Positions 59,813-64,000 of a stretch of 64,000 nucleotides of DNA are shown here, piece after piece. Source of the stretch: the human T2T-CHM13v2.0 reference genome, Homo sapiens; the NCBI RefSeq assembly GCF_009914755.1, contig NC_060931.1. One strand, given 5' to 3'. Below the pieces are notes generated by a model, which ran no database searches, had not been told where the DNA came from, and saw only the letters and a program-made list of their open reading frames with translations. The position numbers and the translations under genes are program-made. The stretch's first letter is position 1; each line of letters opens with the position of its first letter.

Positions 59813-60894
59813 GATTTAGATTTGTAAAGAGCTGGGGGTCAACGTGAAGTAAGGCAAGAAACATAATCATGAACAAACTTAACAGATAAATAAATAACTT
59901 AGAAGGTCTAAATAAAGTTTATCATAAGACATATATAATAAAGTTAAAAACAATAAAAAGGAAAGGAGAATGGGGAAATGTGTCAGACATGCCAGAGAAC
60001 AGCAGCAACAAATAAACTAATAAACCACCATGCAAAACTAGCAATAAATGGCAAATGCTTACATTTAGAAATTTTATTTAATATAAACATGTTGCATGTT
60101 GTATTGCATAGAGATAGCATTTGACCTTTTAGAGAAGTAATACTATAATCCCTTGCCAAAGTACATAATTTCAGCATCAAACAGGGCCCTAATTGGATAG
60201 CATTAAATGAGGTAAATTTCAAAATTGATTATTGTATGATATACTCATGTATGCTTATTTCTAAACAGAAAGTGCTAGAAATAAAAAGTAGATTCATGCA
60301 TTGTTTTCTATTCCCTAAACCAGTTAGTTAAGCAGGGACTTAGGCCTTGAAAAGGGCTACTCTTTAAAACATTAACAAACAGAAATACTACATGAGAGAT
60401 AAATGCTCTGCATGTATTTCCTAGAAAATGAAAAGATCAAAATTTTTTAACATTCTCTTTTTATATAACAAGAAAGGCCTTAAAACATCAAATCATACAT
60501 TGATTTTAGTCCATACTTATAAATAAATAAAACAATACTGAGATTTTAAGAGTTCTATATTTTCAAAGCTTAGGACAGCCTCCCGTATGTTAACATCTGC
60601 AATAAATGGATAACTTATGATGTAAACAACTAATTATTTGTATTTTAACTGAAATATAAACAAATAACTACTTAACAAACTATTAATATGTTTTTACTAA
60701 AAGGGCAAGTCAGCATTCATGAATATTTTTTCTTTTTAGTGACTTTATTATTGACTCTGCCAATAACTCGTCTAGAGACCTTAAAGAAGGCACTTAACTT
60801 CTGTAAAATGAAGAGATAAGAATAGATGGTTTCAAAGTTTTCATTCAGCTACATATTTATAAGAACTTTTATGTTTTAACTAAAAAGTACTTAC

Positions 60895-60975
60895 ATGGTC
60901 TGAAACGCCTAAGATTTTAGATGTCAGAAATTTCAAAATGATTGTTCCACACCACCAGGCACTACCTTGAATTAG
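60895..60975 (-). pseudogene. DPY19L2-like exon ~13 (81 bp)
   Basis: ttctag|CTA...CAT|gtaagt; LIQGSAWWCGTIILKFLTSKILGVSDH. Confidence 0.9.
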
Positions 60976-61201
60976 CTAGAAAATAAAATAGAAGTCCAGT
61001 ATTTAAAACTACAAATCACCCAGCTAAAGTATTCAATTATATCTATAAATGACACAGAAAAAATTTAATTATGTGAGGTATAAATGGTGAAGTTTTTTAA
61101 AAAAGTTCCTTTAGAAAATCTTGTTTAAAAGCAAAGAATTAAAACTGATGACACTGGTATAAAATATATAGCAACACTAGAATTCTACATATCCTAAATC
61201 T

Positions 61202-61702
<501 letters not shown>

Positions 61703-62599
61703 AATCTAAAGGAAGTTTTAAAAGGTTACTTCCTTTTGATTTCTGTTAAGAAAAGGGAGTGTTTATGTGTTTGTTTCCAAATATTATTTCTCAGCTGAAA
61801 ATCCATTTTTTAAAACACTACCTTAAAAGTTCTTCTACCACTCCTGTGGAAATATATGAGCCCATCTTCAAGAAATAACTGTTTGAAATGTGAAAACTTA
61901 AGCTTTCCTTTAAGAAAGAGGAATATGAACTACAACGGCAATGAGGCTTCTGTGTTGTTGTTGTTGTTTATTTTTTGACTAGCCTTGATTAAAAAGGGAA
62001 CAATTGTGTACTTCTGGTTAGCCTGGGGAAAGTTATAGCAGCCTAAATTCAAATCTCTGCATATATCAACCAACAAGTACAGCAATACAACCACATACAT
62101 GGCAAAAAACTTCAAATTACCTATGAATGGAAAAGGAGGCAACGAATCTATAGAGTTATACCTCAAGTCCCTGACCTAAGCCTTTGCAGAGAATGAGGGG
62201 AGACCCATAAAAGGATAAAGAAGAAAAGGAAAGACAGGGGTCAAAATTGGAAATAAAATAACCCAAGAAAGAGAAAAGTCCATCCTATGTGTAAAAAGAG
62301 CTCTGGGAGATTGGTAAATGGGAGTACAGAGCATTAGGCAGTCCCTAAGAGTGAGTAGGGACAAAAACACCGATGTTAGAAAGCCATCATTTCTGGAAAG
62401 AAAGGAGGATAAAAAGGGGAGTGCAAGAAGGAAAAAGTATCCAGCAGGAAAAATGAGAACCCAAACCAAAAGACTATCCATCACTACTGCCATCAAGCAC
62501 AAAAAAAGAAGAAAGTTATTCATTGAAAAAAATCACACTATGCTACATTTTCAGAAGAGGTTTGCACCTGGACTAGAAAACACAAAATAATTAATAGAT

Positions 62600-63880
62600 G
62601 AAAAAATGCCTATATAAATATCCAAAGCTTCTTTAAGAAGATAACAAACATGAAAGTCAAATATTTCAGCTAATGAAATCCACACCACTGAATGATAAAA
62701 TCTCGCAAAACAGAAGAAAATAATGCAGAATTAAAAGTTGAACTAAATATCCTCAAATGAGCATTCAGAAATATTAAAAAAGCAATTTAAACAAGAAATT
62801 CAAAAACCAAGAATAGAAATGGGGAAAAAAGCAGAAAGAAATAAAGAGTTTATTAGACATAGAAAGGAAATGGAAGAAAAGGAGAATACTATCAAAAAAA
62901 ATAAAAACAATCACAAGATGATAAAAAGAAAAATTCAAATAATGAAGGAATTGAAGTAAAGGCACTAAAACAATGATGAAGAATGAAAATGATACCAGAG
63001 AAAGAAGTGAGAAGTATCAGAGAAAGTGGTAGAAATGGAAGAAAGGCACATAATTATAACCGGAGTGCCTGAAAAAGAAAACCACAGCAATGAATCAAAA
63101 CTAGTGTTTAAATTATAATCCAAGAAAACTTTCCAGAAATAAAAGAAGACCTGAATCGACATTTGGAAAGGATCCAGGGGGTACTGGAAAAAATTAATCT
63201 GGTATGGTAAACTAACTCAAGACATCTTTCAGTAGAACTATGAAAAATGAAGAAAAATTCCTCAGAACCTCCAGGCACAAAAGTCACATAATTTATAAGG
63301 GACAGAAGAATTTGGCTAGCATCAGACTTGTTAAAAGAAACATACAAACCAAAGCAGTGGTGTAGATGCATTTTTAAGAAACTTTAAAAATTGAGAACCA
63401 AGGACTTTATATCTGGCCAATCTGTCATTCAAGTATAGACGTTATTTTAAAAAGTTTCAAATATGCAACAATTGAGGAAATAACAGTAACTTTCCTAAAT
63501 TAAAAAAGTTTAAAATAAAAGAGAATCATATACAGAAACAAAGCAAATATAGTCAAATACACATAAAACTTACAACAAGGGTTTTCACATTATCTCACAA
63601 AGCAAAGACAGACTCAATTTATGCTACACAGGGAAGACAAACAAAAACAGATTCAGAAAGGTGAAAAATAGAATGATGGCAGCAGCATGGCAGGCAAATG
63701 CCATTTCCATATGGAAACTAAGGAATACATTTAAAGCAAGGATAAGAAGCAAATTCATGGCTTCAAAAGCTTTATCAATAAAAATGAAAGAGTGAAAATA
63801 AATGAATTAAATCCTTGACTTAAAAATCTAAATAAAGAATAACGAAATAAAGCAAAAAAAGTACACGAAAGGAAATGCTC
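62600..63880 (+). mobile_element. Decayed old L1 ORF1-region fragment
   Basis: A-rich; ccaagaaaactttccagaaataaa and ggctagcatcagacttg L1 ORF1-like motifs. Confidence 0.65.
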
Positions 63881-64000
63881 ATGAGAAGAAGAGTCTATTA
63901 TATCTACCCCTCTGTGTATCTACTTTGCTGTTTTATATTTCTTCCCTACATTCTAGGATTCCTTCTTGCATTTCCTTTTTGTTTCCAGAACTTTTTAAAT

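Overview
This is primate (human-like) genomic DNA, repeat-rich and with no intact protein-coding gene. The main feature is the 3' half of a duplicated, intron-containing DPY19L2 pseudogene on the minus strand. Ten exons are readable (equivalent to DPY19L2 exons ~13-22, 60975 down to ~19776), all with canonical GT-AG sites. The exon-18 equivalent carries an in-frame TGA, and the terminal exon is cut mid-way and fused to the 3' end of an Alu, giving a new C-terminus. The left end holds a Harlequin/HERV-I-like class I provirus remnant with G-to-A hypermutated Trp codons, a tandem-repeat block inside env and no 3' LTR. The rest is Alu, L1 (one near full-length old element), L2/MIR, MaLR LTRs and Tigger/MER fossils. 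The most unusual small signals are two locally templated insertions, a polyadenylated LTR fragment with target-site duplications (TSDs), and a repeat-spacer-like compound minisatellite. I found no evidence of a new biological system such as CRISPR. Repeat family names and comparisons to DPY19L2 are from recall, not from a database search.
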